Shown: one piece after another, positions 40,332 through 51,337 of the stretch
How the letters are laid out: each line of letters opens with the position of its first letter
Position numbering within the stretch: the first letter of the stretch is position 1
Assembly: GCA_963662795.1 (NCBI GenBank)
Contig: OY759746.1
Span: 2,688,001 to 2,752,000, forward strand
Length of the DNA: 64,000 nucleotides
From: Spirochaetia bacterium
GTDB taxonomy: Bacteria > Spirochaetota > Spirochaetia > CADAEX01
Direction of reading: 5' to 3'
Notes under the pieces: model-generated
The model's input: only the letters and a program-made list of their open reading frames with translations
What the model was told of the DNA's origin: nothing
The model's database searches: none
Program-made: the position numbers and the translations under genes

Positions 40332-41217
40332 TTGTGTATTTTTCCGCTATCATTTTTTCCACATCTCCCCTTGTCCTGTCAAACGGGCCTTCTTTTTCCA
40401 TTTTAAGGCTTGCTAGGGCGGCTGTCCAGATTACTGCCTTTTCTGGCGGCATGGAAATCCTGCACCCGGAATAAGTGGAAATGCAGGTATCGCCCCTGCC
40501 GCTTCTTCCGATAAGTTCTTTCGGGTGGAATTCAGTCTCAAAAAAATTGCGGCCGTCGTAGATAAGTATACCTGATTTATGAGTCAGCACTATCTCGGCG
40601 GGTCCCATTGCCTTAAGTATCTTTGCGGCTTCGTGCCGGTCTTTTGTCCCTGTCATGAATTCCGCTTCCGCGATATCAACCTTGAAAAAATCAACCATCG
40701 GCAGAATTTCTTTCTGCTCTTTCCACTGTTCATATTTAACTGTATTTCCGTAGACAACCCTGACAAATCCCTGCACATCAAGCGCAAGGTACCTGCATCT
40801 TTCTTTCATGGCTTTTATAAATGCTTTATTCATTTCACCGAGAAATGAGGGGGCAGCAATAAATACTTTTCCTTTTATATCTTTGATATCGCTTACTTCG
40901 AAATGTTCCGCAACGCTTGTAACCGTGAAAATCCTTTCATCAGGGTTTTCTGTCGGATAATCCATTTTAAGGCATGTTGATTTTTCTGTAAAAACCGCTT
41001 TGGTTTTTATACCGGATTTTTCAAGTTCATCAACTACATGGGAATCTTCTTCCGCAAGGCGGGTTACGGCAAGTACGTCAAGGCCGAGTGCATGTGTCGC
41101 ATGGGCGCCGTAGTTGAAACCGCCTCCGTCTACGATGCGTGTACCCCCTTTTAAGGTAACAATTGTATCTTTTGTGTAGTGTCCAATATGAACTGCATCA
41201 TATTCTTTGTTCTGCAT
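40321..41217 (-). CDS. PfkB/ribokinase-family carbohydrate kinase
   Basis: IGHYTKD, GGGFNY, LDVQGFVR, KVDIAEAE, GRSGRGDT; ATG 41217 with GGAGG RBS. Confidence 0.8.
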   Translation of the reverse strand: MQNKEYDAVHIGHYTKDTIVTLKGGTRIVDGGGFNYGAHATHALGLDVLAVTRLAEEDSHVVDELEKSGIKTKAVFTEKSTCLKMDYPTENPDERIFTVTSVAEHFEVSDIKDIKGKVFIAAPSFLGEMNKAFIKAMKERCRYLALDVQGFVRVVYGNTVKYEQWKEQKEILPMVDFFKVDIAEAEFMTGTKDRHEAAKILKAMGPAEIVLTHKSGILIYDGRNFFETEFHPKELIGRSGRGDTCISTYSGCRISMPPEKAVIWTAALASLKMEKEGPFDRTRGDVEKMIAEKYTIEI

Positions 41218-41355
41218 GATAATCCTCCGTTGCCGGTACATTTATTTGTAAAAAAGCCGAGAATTGATAATAGTTAAATGATGCTGAATTGTAAATACTT
41301 CTGTATTAAATAACTTTTTCGGCCGGAGATATATATTGATCAGCCGTCAGGTTTG

Positions 41356-41799
41356 TTAATAATCCGTATTTTCGGAATTCATCAGCGATGATAGTCTCTG
41401 GACCGTGCTTAAAAGATAACCGCTCTCCCACTCATCCAGTGCACTGATTTTTGCAATAAATTCATCTGCAAAAAAAGAAGGATTGTTTGCCAGGATACTT
41501 TCGCTTTTTTCTGTAAGCGTAATGTATTTGTTCCGTTTATCAGCCGATCCTTTTGTAACAATTATACAGTCTGCTTTTTCAAGCCGGGATAAAATATCTG
41601 TTACTGTCGCCTGCCGCAGCGAGGCTTTTTTTGCTATCCCTGAAATTGTTATATCACCGTAAGATTTTATGATTCTCAGAAGAAAAATCTGGGATCCTGT
41701 AATCCCGTAAAGCTTGAGCAGTTTTTTGGAATGAATATCCATGGATTGTGTTATTTTTCTAAGTGATAAATACATCTTTAAAAAGTGATCATCATTCAT
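41356..41799 (-). CDS. MarR family regulator (EctR-like)
   Basis: LRKITQSMDIHSKKL..YGITGSQIFLL, QATVTDILSRLE, DKRNKYITLT; divergent from ablA. Confidence 0.88.
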   Translation of the reverse strand: MNDDHFLKMYLSLRKITQSMDIHSKKLLKLYGITGSQIFLLRIIKSYGDITISGIAKKASLRQATVTDILSRLEKADCIIVTKGSADKRNKYITLTEKSESILANNPSFFADEFIAKISALDEWESGYLLSTVQRLSSLMNSENTDY

Positions 41800-41851
41800 T
41801 ACCTAAATATAGATTTTAATTAACCTGTTATCAATAGATTTTCTGAAGGTA

Positions 41852-41879
41852 TTGACTTTTCTTAATAAGAGGGTATAAT
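41852..41879 (+). promoter_or_regulatory. Candidate sigma-70 promoter for ablAB
   Basis: TTGACT-N16-TATAAT. Confidence 0.5.
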
Positions 41880-41993
41880 ATATAGGCAACTATGTAATAA
41901 AAATATGTTAAATACTTGTGTGAGAACAATATAAATATAATTAAGAGTGATATAAATAGTGTATACTAAGTATATAATTCAATAGGAGGACAG

Positions 41994-43307
41994 ATGGTTA
42001 AGACTGAAAAGAACAGGATCAGGGAATATTTTTATCAGAAAAACGTGAAATCAAACTGGAAAGACTGGGCCTGGCAGCTTAGGCATACAATAAGAACTGT
42101 AGAAAAGTTTGAAGAACTTACAGGAATAGTTTTCAGTGATGATGAGCGGAAATCCCTTGAGATGACTGTAGACCGCTTTCCTGTCAGCATCACCCCTTAT
42201 TATCTTTCGCTTATAGATATTGAGAATTACAAAAATGATCCTGTTTTCAAGCAGGCTTTTCCGGATGTACGGGAACTTGAAATACTTAAAAATGACATGA
42301 GCGATCCGCTTTCGGAAGATGCGGACAGCCCTGTGGAAGGGATAACCCACCGATATCCTGACAGGGTCCTTTTTCATATATCGAATATCTGCTCCATGTA
42401 CTGCAGGCACTGCACAAGAAAAAGAAAGGTGGGGGATATTGATTCCATACCGGACAGGGAATCAATTATCAAAGGAATTGAATATATCAGAAACAACAAA
42501 CAGATAAGGGATGTCCTTCTTTCAGGAGGAGATCCTTTTATGCTTTCTGATGATTACCTTGACGGGATACTGTCCGAGATTTCATCCATTGAGCATGTTG
42601 AGGTCGTCAGGATCGGAACCAGAATGCCGGTTGTGCTTCCTTTCAGAATTACTGATTCTCTTGTCGCTGTTCTTGGAAAATACAAAAACCTCTGGATCAA
42701 TACCCATTTCAATCATCCGAAGGAAATAACTGAGGCATCCGGAGACGCTGTTGCAAAGTTAGCGGAAGCCGGCATTCCGCTCGGAAATCAGTCTGTGCTG
42801 CTGCGTGATGTAAACGATTGCCCCCGGATTATTAAAAAACTCTGCCAGATGCTGGTTAAAAACAGGGTAAGACCTTATTACCTTTATCAGTGCGATCTTT
42901 CAGAAGGGCTTAACCACTTCAGGACTTCAGTCGGCAAAGGGGTGGAGATAATTGAAAACATGATAGGACATACAAGCGGATTTTGTGTTCCGACTTATGT
43001 CGTTGATGCGCCTGGAGGCGGAGGCAAAATACCTGTACTTCCAAATTATCTTATTTCCTGGTCCTCCAATAAAATTGTACTCAGAAATTACGAAGGTGTA
43101 ATTACTACATACTCAGAGCCCCAGTCCTATCATACCAGCTACTGCGATAACAACTGCAGGGACTGTCGTCTTGATTTTTCTGAAAATTGGAAAAAACACA
43201 TGGACTCTGTCGGTATCGAAAGACTCCTTTGTGAATATGACAAGGCAAATACCCTTATCCCGGGCAACAATCCGCGCTTTAAAAGAAGGGAAGAGAATGA
43301 TGGATAA
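41994..43307 (+). CDS. ablA: Lysine 2,3-aminomutase (radical SAM, PLP)
   Basis: [59 protein letters not shown]-terminal CDNNCRDC. Confidence 0.93.
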   Translation: MVKTEKNRIREYFYQKNVKSNWKDWAWQLRHTIRTVEKFEELTGIVFSDDERKSLEMTVDRFPVSITPYYLSLIDIENYKNDPVFKQAFPDVRELEILKNDMSDPLSEDADSPVEGITHRYPDRVLFHISNICSMYCRHCTRKRKVGDIDSIPDRESIIKGIEYIRNNKQIRDVLLSGGDPFMLSDDYLDGILSEISSIEHVEVVRIGTRMPVVLPFRITDSLVAVLGKYKNLWINTHFNHPKEITEASGDAVAKLAEAGIPLGNQSVLLRDVNDCPRIIKKLCQMLVKNRVRPYYLYQCDLSEGLNHFRTSVGKGVEIIENMIGHTSGFCVPTYVVDAPGGGGKIPVLPNYLISWSSNKIVLRNYEGVITTYSEPQSYHTSYCDNNCRDCRLDFSENWKKHMDSVGIERLLCEYDKANTLIPGNNPRFKRREENDG

Positions 43308-44160
43308 TATTGAAAACAGTAAAGCTGATATTGTAGAACATATAGGAAAAACCGTACTTCAGTACGGGAAAAACAACAACAGAGTCTATCTAATGAAACT
43401 TGACCCCGAATCAGATAAAAAAAATGTTATTGACTATATTGACAGGATCTGTATGGAAAAAAGATACGGGAAAAGCTTTGCAAAGATAAGATCTGCTGAT
43501 TATCCGCTCTTTCTTTTGGCAAAATACAGGCTTGAAGCCTATATCCCCTCTTTTTTCCGTAACGGGGATGATTGTATCTTCGCATGCAAATATTATGATA
43601 GCGAAAGGTCTGTTTTTATTGAAACAGAAGCCGGAGAGGCTATTGCCTCTCTTCTTTCCGGGGTAAAAAACACCGCCGGCCGGGCCGGTAAACCTGCTGA
43701 GTTTGAAATCAGGAAGGCTGATGAGCCGGATATAGCATCTCTCGCAGGCTTTTACGGGAGTCAGTTCCCCAACTACCCGTTTCCCCTTTCAAGCGCACAG
43801 TATATTGCCGGAACCATGAAAGCAAATGTTGATTATATGATTATTACAGATAAGGGGAAAGTTATTGCCGCAGCTTCAGCCGAAAAAGATCTGGATGAAC
43901 TCAACGCTGAAATGACAGATTTCGCTGTAAACCCGGAGTACAGGGGATACGGGCTTGCGGGAAAACTTATGAATGCGCTTGAGGCGCATCTGAAAGACGG
44001 GCCGATTAAAACCCTTTATACTATAGCAAGACTTAATTCTACTGCCATGAATGCTGTTTTCAAAAGCAGTAATTATAAATACAGCGGCACGCTCATCAAC
44101 AATACCAATATTTCAACCGGTATTGAATCCATGAATATATGGTATAAGCACCTTACATGA
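43297..44160 (+). CDS. ablB: Beta-lysine N6-acetyltransferase (GNAT)
   Basis: [63 protein letters not shown]; overlaps the ablA stop. Confidence 0.92.
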   Translation: MMDNIENSKADIVEHIGKTVLQYGKNNNRVYLMKLDPESDKKNVIDYIDRICMEKRYGKSFAKIRSADYPLFLLAKYRLEAYIPSFFRNGDDCIFACKYYDSERSVFIETEAGEAIASLLSGVKNTAGRAGKPAEFEIRKADEPDIASLAGFYGSQFPNYPFPLSSAQYIAGTMKANVDYMIITDKGKVIAAASAEKDLDELNAEMTDFAVNPEYRGYGLAGKLMNALEAHLKDGPIKTLYTIARLNSTAMNAVFKSSNYKYSGTLINNTNISTGIESMNIWYKHLT

Positions 44161-44394
44161 TTATTCTTTTATTAAATTCTTTAGCCTCTCAAATTCTTCA
44201 ACACTTATTTTACCGTCAGCAAGTCTCTGTTTTAAAATATCAAGAGCGCCTGGGTCTTCTTTTTCTCTGTTGTTATGCTGTTTAACCAGTGCATACACTA
44301 CTGCGGCAGCTATAATAATAATCAGTAATCCCATAAACAAATTTCCTCCTCTCAGATTTGAAAAACTGCAAAACTGATTGCTGAAATATCCCAT
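44161..44394 (-). CDS. Small membrane protein with SHOCT domain
   Basis: One TM helix, then ALDILKQRLADGKISVEEFERLK; ATG 44394 with GGAGG RBS. Confidence 0.8.
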   Translation of the reverse strand: MGYFSNQFCSFSNLRGGNLFMGLLIIIIAAAVVYALVKQHNNREKEDPGALDILKQRLADGKISVEEFERLKNLIKE

Positions 44395-44670
44395 GTAATT
44401 TCCTCCGTATGATTTGCTATATATACAATATAATAAGTCATATAGAAATAGTATGAATAAAAGGTGTTTTTTATGTGAAGTTTTATGCTCAGTAATCGTA
44501 TTTTTCACAGTATTATTGCATTACAATAATTCAGTAAAAAATGAACATTGCTGAAATATTATAATAATTGAGATGAAATTTATAATTTTGACGCCCTGAA
44601 AGTTGACATACTTAAAACTTTCCAGTTTATTACTAAACCCTGTTGATAGAGAGTTATCACGGGGTGAAAA

Positions 44671-47600
44671 ATGGAAAAAAATGAGAAAAAACTTCTGAGG
44701 CCGGACGGCAGAATAGGTATTCTAAACAGGGGCGAAGCTGCCTACAGGTTTATAAGGTCATTAAAAGAGTACAATAATCTTTATTCTGTAAATCTAAAAA
44801 GTATTTCATTCTACATCGAAAAGGAAGAGCAATCCCTTTTTGCAAAAAGCTCGGATGAATCGTACCTTCTTTCAGGTATTTCCGGTGTTTCCGGCAGCCC
44901 GGGGAAAGCAGTTATACCTTACCTTGACCACGATCTTCTGATTGATGCCCTGAAGAAAACCTCCTGCAGCGCAGTCTGGGCCGGGTGGGGTTTCCTGTCT
45001 GAGGATTCGGAATTTGCCGGAAAAATTGAAAAGAACGGCATTGTTTTTCTTGGCCCTTCCGGGGCGGCAATGGCGCTTCTCGGAGACAAAATCTCGGCAA
45101 AGGCGCTGGCTGAGAAAAGCGATGTTCCTGTGCTGCCATGGAGCATGCGGCCTCTCACAGATATTGATGATGCCCATCGGGTTGCTGAAAAACTCGGATA
45201 TCCTGTTATTATAAAAGCGTCCAACGCCGGAGGGGGCAGGGGAATAAGGATTGTAAGGGCAAAACAGGAAATGGAGGCAATGTACAAATCCGCAAGGGAT
45301 GAGACGCTGCGAATCACAGGCAACGATCTTCTCTTTATGGAATGTTTTGTAGAAAAGGGGAGGCACCTTGAGGTTCAGGTTTTAGCTGATACTCACGGGA
45401 ATATCAATACATTCGGAGTAAGGGACTGTTCCATCCAGAGGAGAAATCAGAAAATTATTGAGGAGACTCCGCCGGCGCTGCTTGATAAGGAAATACTGAT
45501 CAGTATGGAAGAGGCATCATCAAGGCTTATAAAATCCGCATCCTATACCGGAGCCGGAACAGTTGAATACCTTTATGATTTAACGAGGAATCAGTTCTAT
45601 TTCATGGAGGTAAATACAAGGCTTCAGGTTGAACATCCTGTAACCGAGATACTCTACGGGATTGATCTTGTAAAAGGACAGATTGATGTTGCAATGGGGA
45701 AAAAGGTTGATCTGAAAGGACATACGCCAAAAGGGGCGATTATGGAGGTCAGGATAAATGCTGAAGATCCTGCGTCCGGTTTTTCCCCCTCTCCGGGAGA
45801 TGTTCTGCTGTTCAAGGCCCCGGCCGGACCTGGCATAAGGGTTGACTCCGGAATTGAAAGAAACAGCAGCATCCCGTCGGAATTCGATTCAATGATTGCA
45901 AAGATAATAGCCTCCGGATCAGACAGGGAAGAGGCAATCGCCAGAATGAAAAGAGCTCTTCAGGAATTCAGGATAAAAATTAAAAACGGGACAACCAACA
46001 AGGCTTTTGTTCTGTCCCTCCTTGATAATCCGGAAATACAAAGAGGAGGTACGCATACAGGTTTTGTGGAAGAGCTGATAAGCAGAAAAGAGTCAGCTGT
46101 TCCGGATGATAAAATCGCGGCTTCTCTGGTCTCCTGCGCTATTGAGCTTTATATCAGGCAGCACAACGCTGATTTTCTTAATTTCCGCAGCCAGGTATCA
46201 AGGTCGGGGAAACCCGGAAGAATACCGTCAATGGAAGGTCTTGATGTGAATCTCTCATCACAGGGATGCAGTTATTCTTTTCATTTAAAAAGTTTATCTA
46301 CCGGCCTTTATCACATCAGTTTTAAGGATAATGATATTGTCTGCAGATACTCTGTCAATGATTTTGAATCGGAACTGATTTTAAACGGAAGAAGATACAG
46401 TCTTATTGTTACAGAGAGGGGAGATGCTTTTCTATGCGAAGTTGACGGGTACGCAATTAATGTAGAGGCTCAGTCACAGGGTTATATAAAATCCATGTCG
46501 CCTGCCATTGTTCTTTCCGCTGCAGTCTCCCCGGGAACAATCGTAAAAAAAGGTCAGCCGGTAATAATTCTTGAAGCAATGAAAATGGAAATGGTTATAA
46601 ACGCTCCTTCAGACGGCGTAATTGCTGAAGTGTATGTATCGGACGGCATGCAGGTCGCGGCCGGCCAGAGTCTTGTCAGAATCGAGCCTGCAGGTACGTC
46701 AGGTCCCGGAGAAGCCGATACTGAGGAGAAAGAAAAGCTGCAGCCGGTCAGTATTTCCTTGATAAATGAATCAGATGAATCAGCCGCTCAAAAACTTAAA
46801 GACATGATGCTTGCCCATTTTCTGGGATATGACTCAGGGCCTGATGTTTTATCCATCTACAGAGAGTTAGCATCTAACGCTTTACATGCTGGTGAATATC
46901 CGCAGGAATTCATGGAATTCGTTTTATCACTGATTAGAATATATATTGCTGTTGAAAAATTGTTTTTAAATAAAAAAATTGCCTCGAGCCTGTTTTCAAG
47001 GCCTCTTACCTACCCGGAGATGCTTTCTCATTTTTTCTTAAGGACAGAAGACAGAAGAAAAGGGCTTCCTGATGAATTTCTTAAAGATATGGATGAAGCC
47101 CTGAAATTTTTTATTTTTGATGATTCTTCAGGTAATGATTATACGGGCGGATATGAAAAAAATAAACTGGATCTGGCGCTCTACTATCTTTTCAGGTCCC
47201 ATAAAAATATACACAGCAAAGAGGAAATTTTAAAATCTGTTTTTCTGGATTTTGAGAATATTCAGATTGGAGAAAAGCATAGTGAAGTATTACAGCAAAT
47301 TTCAGATGAAGTCATTTCCATTTCGGCAGGATCAAACCCCCTTCTTTTAAACGCTGTTGTGCGCCTTAAGTATCTGATAACAGATATTTTAAAGCCGGAC
47401 CTGTCTAAGGAAGAACATACAGGTATGGATATCTCTGATGCCGGCCCGGAGATTATGAAGAGTCTGAGAGCATTATGCCTGTCCCCTGATGAAAATATCA
47501 GAAAAACGGGATTGAAGCATATCGGCCTCCGGTTTAACAGGGACAGAGATATCTCTGTTTCCTTTTTTTGCAATAATGAAGCTGCAGATATTTTCTGCAC

Positions 47601-50229
47601 TGAAGGGAAATACGGCACTTCGGATATCATCTCCTGCGTCTCATTTTTCAGGGAATCGGAAGTTTTCAAATTCTCTTCTGCCGGAGAATCAGCTGCAGTC
47701 TTCTCCCCCGTGTCAGGATTCGGGAAATTACCGGAAAAATCAGATTCGGAAAAAGAATTGATAATACTGGTATATAACGACAAGGAAAAAAATCCGGATC
47801 ATATATTTGATTACCTGATGAGTCTGGAAAATCTGCCGCCGGATTATAAAATAACTATTGGCATCTGCAGTGACTCGGAGGAGACAAACTATAGAAGTTA
47901 TAACTTTGAAAATAATAACTGGAAAGAGGAAAATAACAGGAGAGGTTTCAGCCCGCTTCAGTACAGGGAGCTTAAAGTCTACAGATTCATAAACTTTAAA
48001 CTTAAAGTAATATACAGAAATAAAGGGGTTGTTCTTTGTGAAGCAAGGTCGAAGGAGAACCCTCAGGACATCAGACTGGCCTCTTTTATTGATGTTTCAG
48101 AGAAAACCGTAAATACCGCTGATAACGGTAAAAACATAAAGCTTGATCTCTTTGAAGCCCTGCTGATTGATGCAGTCAATGCCATGCGCTCAGTTTTACC
48201 CTCATACAGGGAAAGGCTTTTATGGAACAGGATAGTTATACATAACAGGACGCTTTTGGGGATCGGACTTAAAAAAATGGAAGAATATGGAAGAGCCCTG
48301 ATTGCATTGACTGACGGGATAGGCCTTGAAAAACTGGTTATTCTTACCCGGAGAAAGCGCTGGAGCGAGAAATCCGCCCGTCCGCTTGAGCTTGATATTT
48401 CTTCTATCGCAGATAAACAGCTTGTAATAAGGAGCAGACTTCCTGCTGAAAAACCGCTCGTCACTGTAGACAGTTACGCCCGGAATGTAATTTTAGCCCG
48501 CAGAAGAAATGTTCTCTATCCTTATGAAATTACCAAAATGCTTACAGGCTCATCCTTTTACGGCGGATCTGTCCCGCAGGGCGGAAAATTCGAGGAATAT
48601 GATATTGCAATAGACAATGCAGGAAAAACCCAAAGTATAATTTCTGTCAAAAACAGAAAATCAGGCCTTAATGAAGCAAATATAATTTTCGGGATAATTG
48701 AAAACAGTGATTTGAAATACAGCTGTGTTTACAGGCGTGTGATTATACTGTCAGACCCGTTGAAGGATATGGGGAGTCTTTCAGAAGGTGAGTGCAGAAG
48801 GGTAATCGCATCTCTTGATCTCGCAGAAAAAGAAAAAATACCGGTTGAGTGGCTTCCGGTTTCATCAGGCGCCAGGATAGATATGGAAAGCGGGACTGAA
48901 AACCTTGACTGGACTGCCGCTGTGCTTAAAAGGATTATTGAGTTCACCCAAAACGGGGGCGAGATAAATATAATTGTCTCATCAATCAATGTTGGGGCCC
49001 AGTCGTACTGGAACGCGGAGGCGACAATGCTGATGCATACCTGCGGGTTTTTAATTATGACGGATGACTCATCGATGCTGCTTACCGGAAAAAAAGCGCT
49101 TGATTTTTCAGGAAGCGTGTCAGGTGACAACAATCTTGATATCGGCGGTGTAGAAAAAATTATGGGGCCCAACGGGCAGGCGCAGTTCAGGGTTTTAAAC
49201 ATCGCTGAGGCATATAATATACTTTTCAGGCATTACAGGCTTACTTACCTTCTGCCGTCTGAATCTGAGAGATACTCAGGTTTTAGAAAGTCGGAAGATC
49301 CTTCGGGGCGGGATATCTCTGTAAATACATATATTGACAATTACGGGCAGGGATTTGAAACAATCGGCGATATCTTCAGTAATGAAAAGAACCCCGAACG
49401 GAAAAAGCCTTTTGACATAAGACAGATTATGAATGCTGTTAAAGATGAGGATTCGGATTACCTTGAAAGATGGCAGCTGATGGCTGATTCAGACACATCT
49501 GTAGTCTGGGAAACAAGGATAGGGGGATTTTCCGCCGGAATGATAGGCATTGAAAGCAGGACAATCCCCAGGATAGGTGAAATACCGTATGACGGTCCGG
49601 AAAGCTGGAACGGCGGTACACTGTATCCCATGTCGTCCAAAAAAACTGCGAGGGCCCTGAATGCTTTTTCCGGACGGCTCCCTGCTGTTATACTTGCAAA
49701 CCTTTCAGGGTTTGACGGATCGCCTGAATCCCTGCGTAAGCTGCAGCTTGAATACGGGGCCGAAATAGGCAGGGCGGTTGTCAACTTCAAGGGGCCTGTA
49801 ATATTTGTTGTCATCGCAAGATACCACGGCGGGGCCTATGTTGTTTTTTCAAAAGCCCTGAATCCGCAGCTTACAGCTGCCGCTGTAAAAGGTTCATATG
49901 CGTCAGTCATAGGGGGGATACCGGCTGCCGCCGTAGTTTTTCCCAAAAAAGTATATAAGGAAGCATGCTCTGATGAGAGAATTGTGAAATTTCAGGATGC
50001 GTTGAATAACGACAGGAGACTTCAGGGTGAGTATGATGAATTGTTTAAAAAGGTGTATAACGAAAAACAGAATGCTCTGGGCCATAGCTTTGACGCGATA
50101 CACTCAGTTGAAAGGGCAAAACAGGTCGGGTCAATCGATGATATAATTGAGGCATCAGACCTGCGTCCCTATATTATAGATATGCTTGACAAAAAGACAG
50201 GGATATCCCGAAAACTCAGAGGAAGATAA
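44671..50229 (+). CDS. Single-chain multidomain biotin-dependent acyl-CoA carboxylase (BC-BCCP-central region-CT)
   Basis: BC: NRGEAA, GWGFLSE, KASNAGGGRG, RDCSIQRRNQKIIEE, EVNTRLQVEHPVTE. Biotinyl motif: EAMKME. CT: SSGARI, ANLSGFDGS, RYHGGAYVV. Confidence 0.92.
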   Translation: MEKNEKKLLRPDGRIGILNRGEAAYRFIRSLKEYNNLYSVNLKSISFYIEKEEQSLFAKSSDESYLLSGISGVSGSPGKAVIPYLDHDLLIDALKKTSCSAVWAGWGFLSEDSEFAGKIEKNGIVFLGPSGAAMALLGDKISAKALAEKSDVPVLPWSMRPLTDIDDAHRVAEKLGYPVIIKASNAGGGRGIRIVRAKQEMEAMYKSARDETLRITGNDLLFMECFVEKGRHLEVQVLADTHGNINTFGVRDCSIQRRNQKIIEETPPALLDKEILISMEEASSRLIKSASYTGAGTVEYLYDLTRNQFYFMEVNTRLQVEHPVTEILYGIDLVKGQIDVAMGKKVDLKGHTPKGAIMEVRINAEDPASGFSPSPGDVLLFKAPAGPGIRVDSGIERNSSIPSEFDSMIAKIIASGSDREEAIARMKRALQEFRIKIKNGTTNKAFVLSLLDNPEIQRGGTHTGFVEELISRKESAVPDDKIAASLVSCAIELYIRQHNADFLNFRSQVSRSGKPGRIPSMEGLDVNLSSQGCSYSFHLKSLSTGLYHISFKDNDIVCRYSVNDFESELILNGRRYSLIVTERGDAFLCEVDGYAINVEAQSQGYIKSMSPAIVLSAAVSPGTIVKKGQPVIILEAMKMEMVINAPSDGVIAEVYVSDGMQVAAGQSLVRIEPAGTSGPGEADTEEKEKLQPVSISLINESDESAAQKLKDMMLAHFLGYDSGPDVLSIYRELASNALHAGEYPQEFMEFVLSLIRIYIAVEKLFLNKKIASSLFSRPLTYPEMLSHFFLRTEDRRKGLPDEFLKDMDEALKFFIFDDSSGNDYTGGYEKNKLDLALYYLFRSHKNIHSKEEILKSVFLDFENIQIGEKHSEVLQQISDEVISISAGSNPLLLNAVVRLKYLITDILKPDLSKEEHTGMDISDAGPEIMKSLRALCLSPDENIRKTGLKHIGLRFNRDRDISVSFFCNNEAADIFCTEGKYGTSDIISCVSFFRESEVFKFSSAGESAAVFSPVSGFGKLPEKSDSEKELIILVYNDKEKNPDHIFDYLMSLENLPPDYKITIGICSDSEETNYRSYNFENNNWKEENNRRGFSPLQYRELKVYRFINFKLKVIYRNKGVVLCEARSKENPQDIRLASFIDVSEKTVNTADNGKNIKLDLFEALLIDAVNAMRSVLPSYRERLLWNRIVIHNRTLLGIGLKKMEEYGRALIALTDGIGLEKLVILTRRKRWSEKSARPLELDISSIADKQLVIRSRLPAEKPLVTVDSYARNVILARRRNVLYPYEITKMLTGSSFYGGSVPQGGKFEEYDIAIDNAGKTQSIISVKNRKSGLNEANIIFGIIENSDLKYSCVYRRVIILSDPLKDMGSLSEGECRRVIASLDLAEKEKIPVEWLPVSSGARIDMESGTENLDWTAAVLKRIIEFTQNGGEINIIVSSINVGAQSYWNAEATMLMHTCGFLIMTDDSSMLLTGKKALDFSGSVSGDNNLDIGGVEKIMGPNGQAQFRVLNIAEAYNILFRHYRLTYLLPSESERYSGFRKSEDPSGRDISVNTYIDNYGQGFETIGDIFSNEKNPERKKPFDIRQIMNAVKDEDSDYLERWQLMADSDTSVVWETRIGGFSAGMIGIESRTIPRIGEIPYDGPESWNGGTLYPMSSKKTARALNAFSGRLPAVILANLSGFDGSPESLRKLQLEYGAEIGRAVVNFKGPVIFVVIARYHGGAYVVFSKALNPQLTAAAVKGSYASVIGGIPAAAVVFPKKVYKEACSDERIVKFQDALNNDRRLQGEYDELFKKVYNEKQNALGHSFDAIHSVERAKQVGSIDDIIEASDLRPYIIDMLDKKTGISRKLRGR

Positions 50230-50764
50230 TCCCGGCAGCTGCGCCTGCCATCAGATAGAATACAGGATTACCTTTTTTGAACAGATAAAATGTTCCGAGT
50301 ATGGCAAAAAGTGCAGCTGTCCTTAAGGAAAACCAGCCTGCTGATGGGAAAAGGTCAAACATGACAACTGAATTCCCGAATATATATAATCCGGCGGCAG
50401 CTATCATCCCGGCTGCTGCAGGCCTTATTCCTGCAAGTGCATCCTTTACGATACGGTTGTCGGCGTAATCCTGCATGAACCTGGCTATCAGTATAATTAT
50501 AATCAGGGAAGGGGTAACAATCCCTGCAGTAGCTATAAGACCTCCTGTTACACCTGCCGCCTTGAATCCTGCGTAAGTCGCCATATTTATTCCTATCGGC
50601 CCCGGTGTCGCCTGAGAGACTGCAACCATGTCTATAAATTCTCCATGACTCATCCGGCCCGAATCAAGAAGCGCTTCCTTAAGCAGCGGCAGGGTGGCAA
50701 GGCCTCCTCCGATTGCAAAGAGGCCGATTTTAAAGAACATTACAAAAAGCTCAAGATGGATCAC
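50216..50764 (-). CDS. Chromate transporter, short-chain CHR subunit
   Basis: FFKIGLFAIGGG, SQATPGPIGINMATYAG. Confidence 0.9.
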   Translation of the reverse strand: MIHLELFVMFFKIGLFAIGGGLATLPLLKEALLDSGRMSHGEFIDMVAVSQATPGPIGINMATYAGFKAAGVTGGLIATAGIVTPSLIIIILIARFMQDYADNRIVKDALAGIRPAAAGMIAAAGLYIFGNSVVMFDLFPSAGWFSLRTAALFAILGTFYLFKKGNPVFYLMAGAAAGIIFL

Positions 50765-51302
50765 AGTTTTTTCTCCTGAAAGCACCTGAGGCTATTCCTG
50801 CGATTGCAGACGCGGCTACTATCAGAACAGGAGATATCTTAAAAAAAGTTATTCCTGCAAAAGCTGCGAGTATTATGACAATACCTGTTTTATATTTTGC
50901 CCCTTTTTTGATAAGTCCTGCGACAATAAAAAGAAGCAGCACGGAAACCGCGACCCTGATGCCCGCGAACGCTTTCTGGATAATGAGGACCTCCCGGAAT
51001 TCTGTAAAAAAGGCTGAAATAATTGTAATTATTATGATTGAAGGGGCAACCATTCCCGCTGTGGCGGAAAGAGAGCCTGCAATACCTTTCTGGCTGTATC
51101 CTACAAACGTTGCAGTGTTTACAGCTATAATCCCGGGTGTTGCCTGGCCGATAGCGTAAAAATCAAGAATCTCGTCATCTGTGAGCCACTTTCTTTTATT
51201 TACAACCTCTTCTTTAAGCATGGGAAGCATAACATATCCTCCGCCGATTGAGAAAAGGCCTATCCTGAAAAAGATTGTAAAAAGCTGTAGCAGATTTTTC
51301 AT
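50751..51302 (-). CDS. Chromate transporter, short-chain CHR subunit
   Basis: FFRIGLFSIGGGY, GQATPGIIAVNTATFVG; paired with the downstream paralog. Confidence 0.9.
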   Translation of the reverse strand: MKNLLQLFTIFFRIGLFSIGGGYVMLPMLKEEVVNKRKWLTDDEILDFYAIGQATPGIIAVNTATFVGYSQKGIAGSLSATAGMVAPSIIIITIISAFFTEFREVLIIQKAFAGIRVAVSVLLLFIVAGLIKKGAKYKTGIVIILAAFAGITFFKISPVLIVAASAIAGIASGAFRRKNCDPS

Positions 51303-51337
51303 GGTGTAATAATTATATTCTGAACCTTTTGTGTCAA

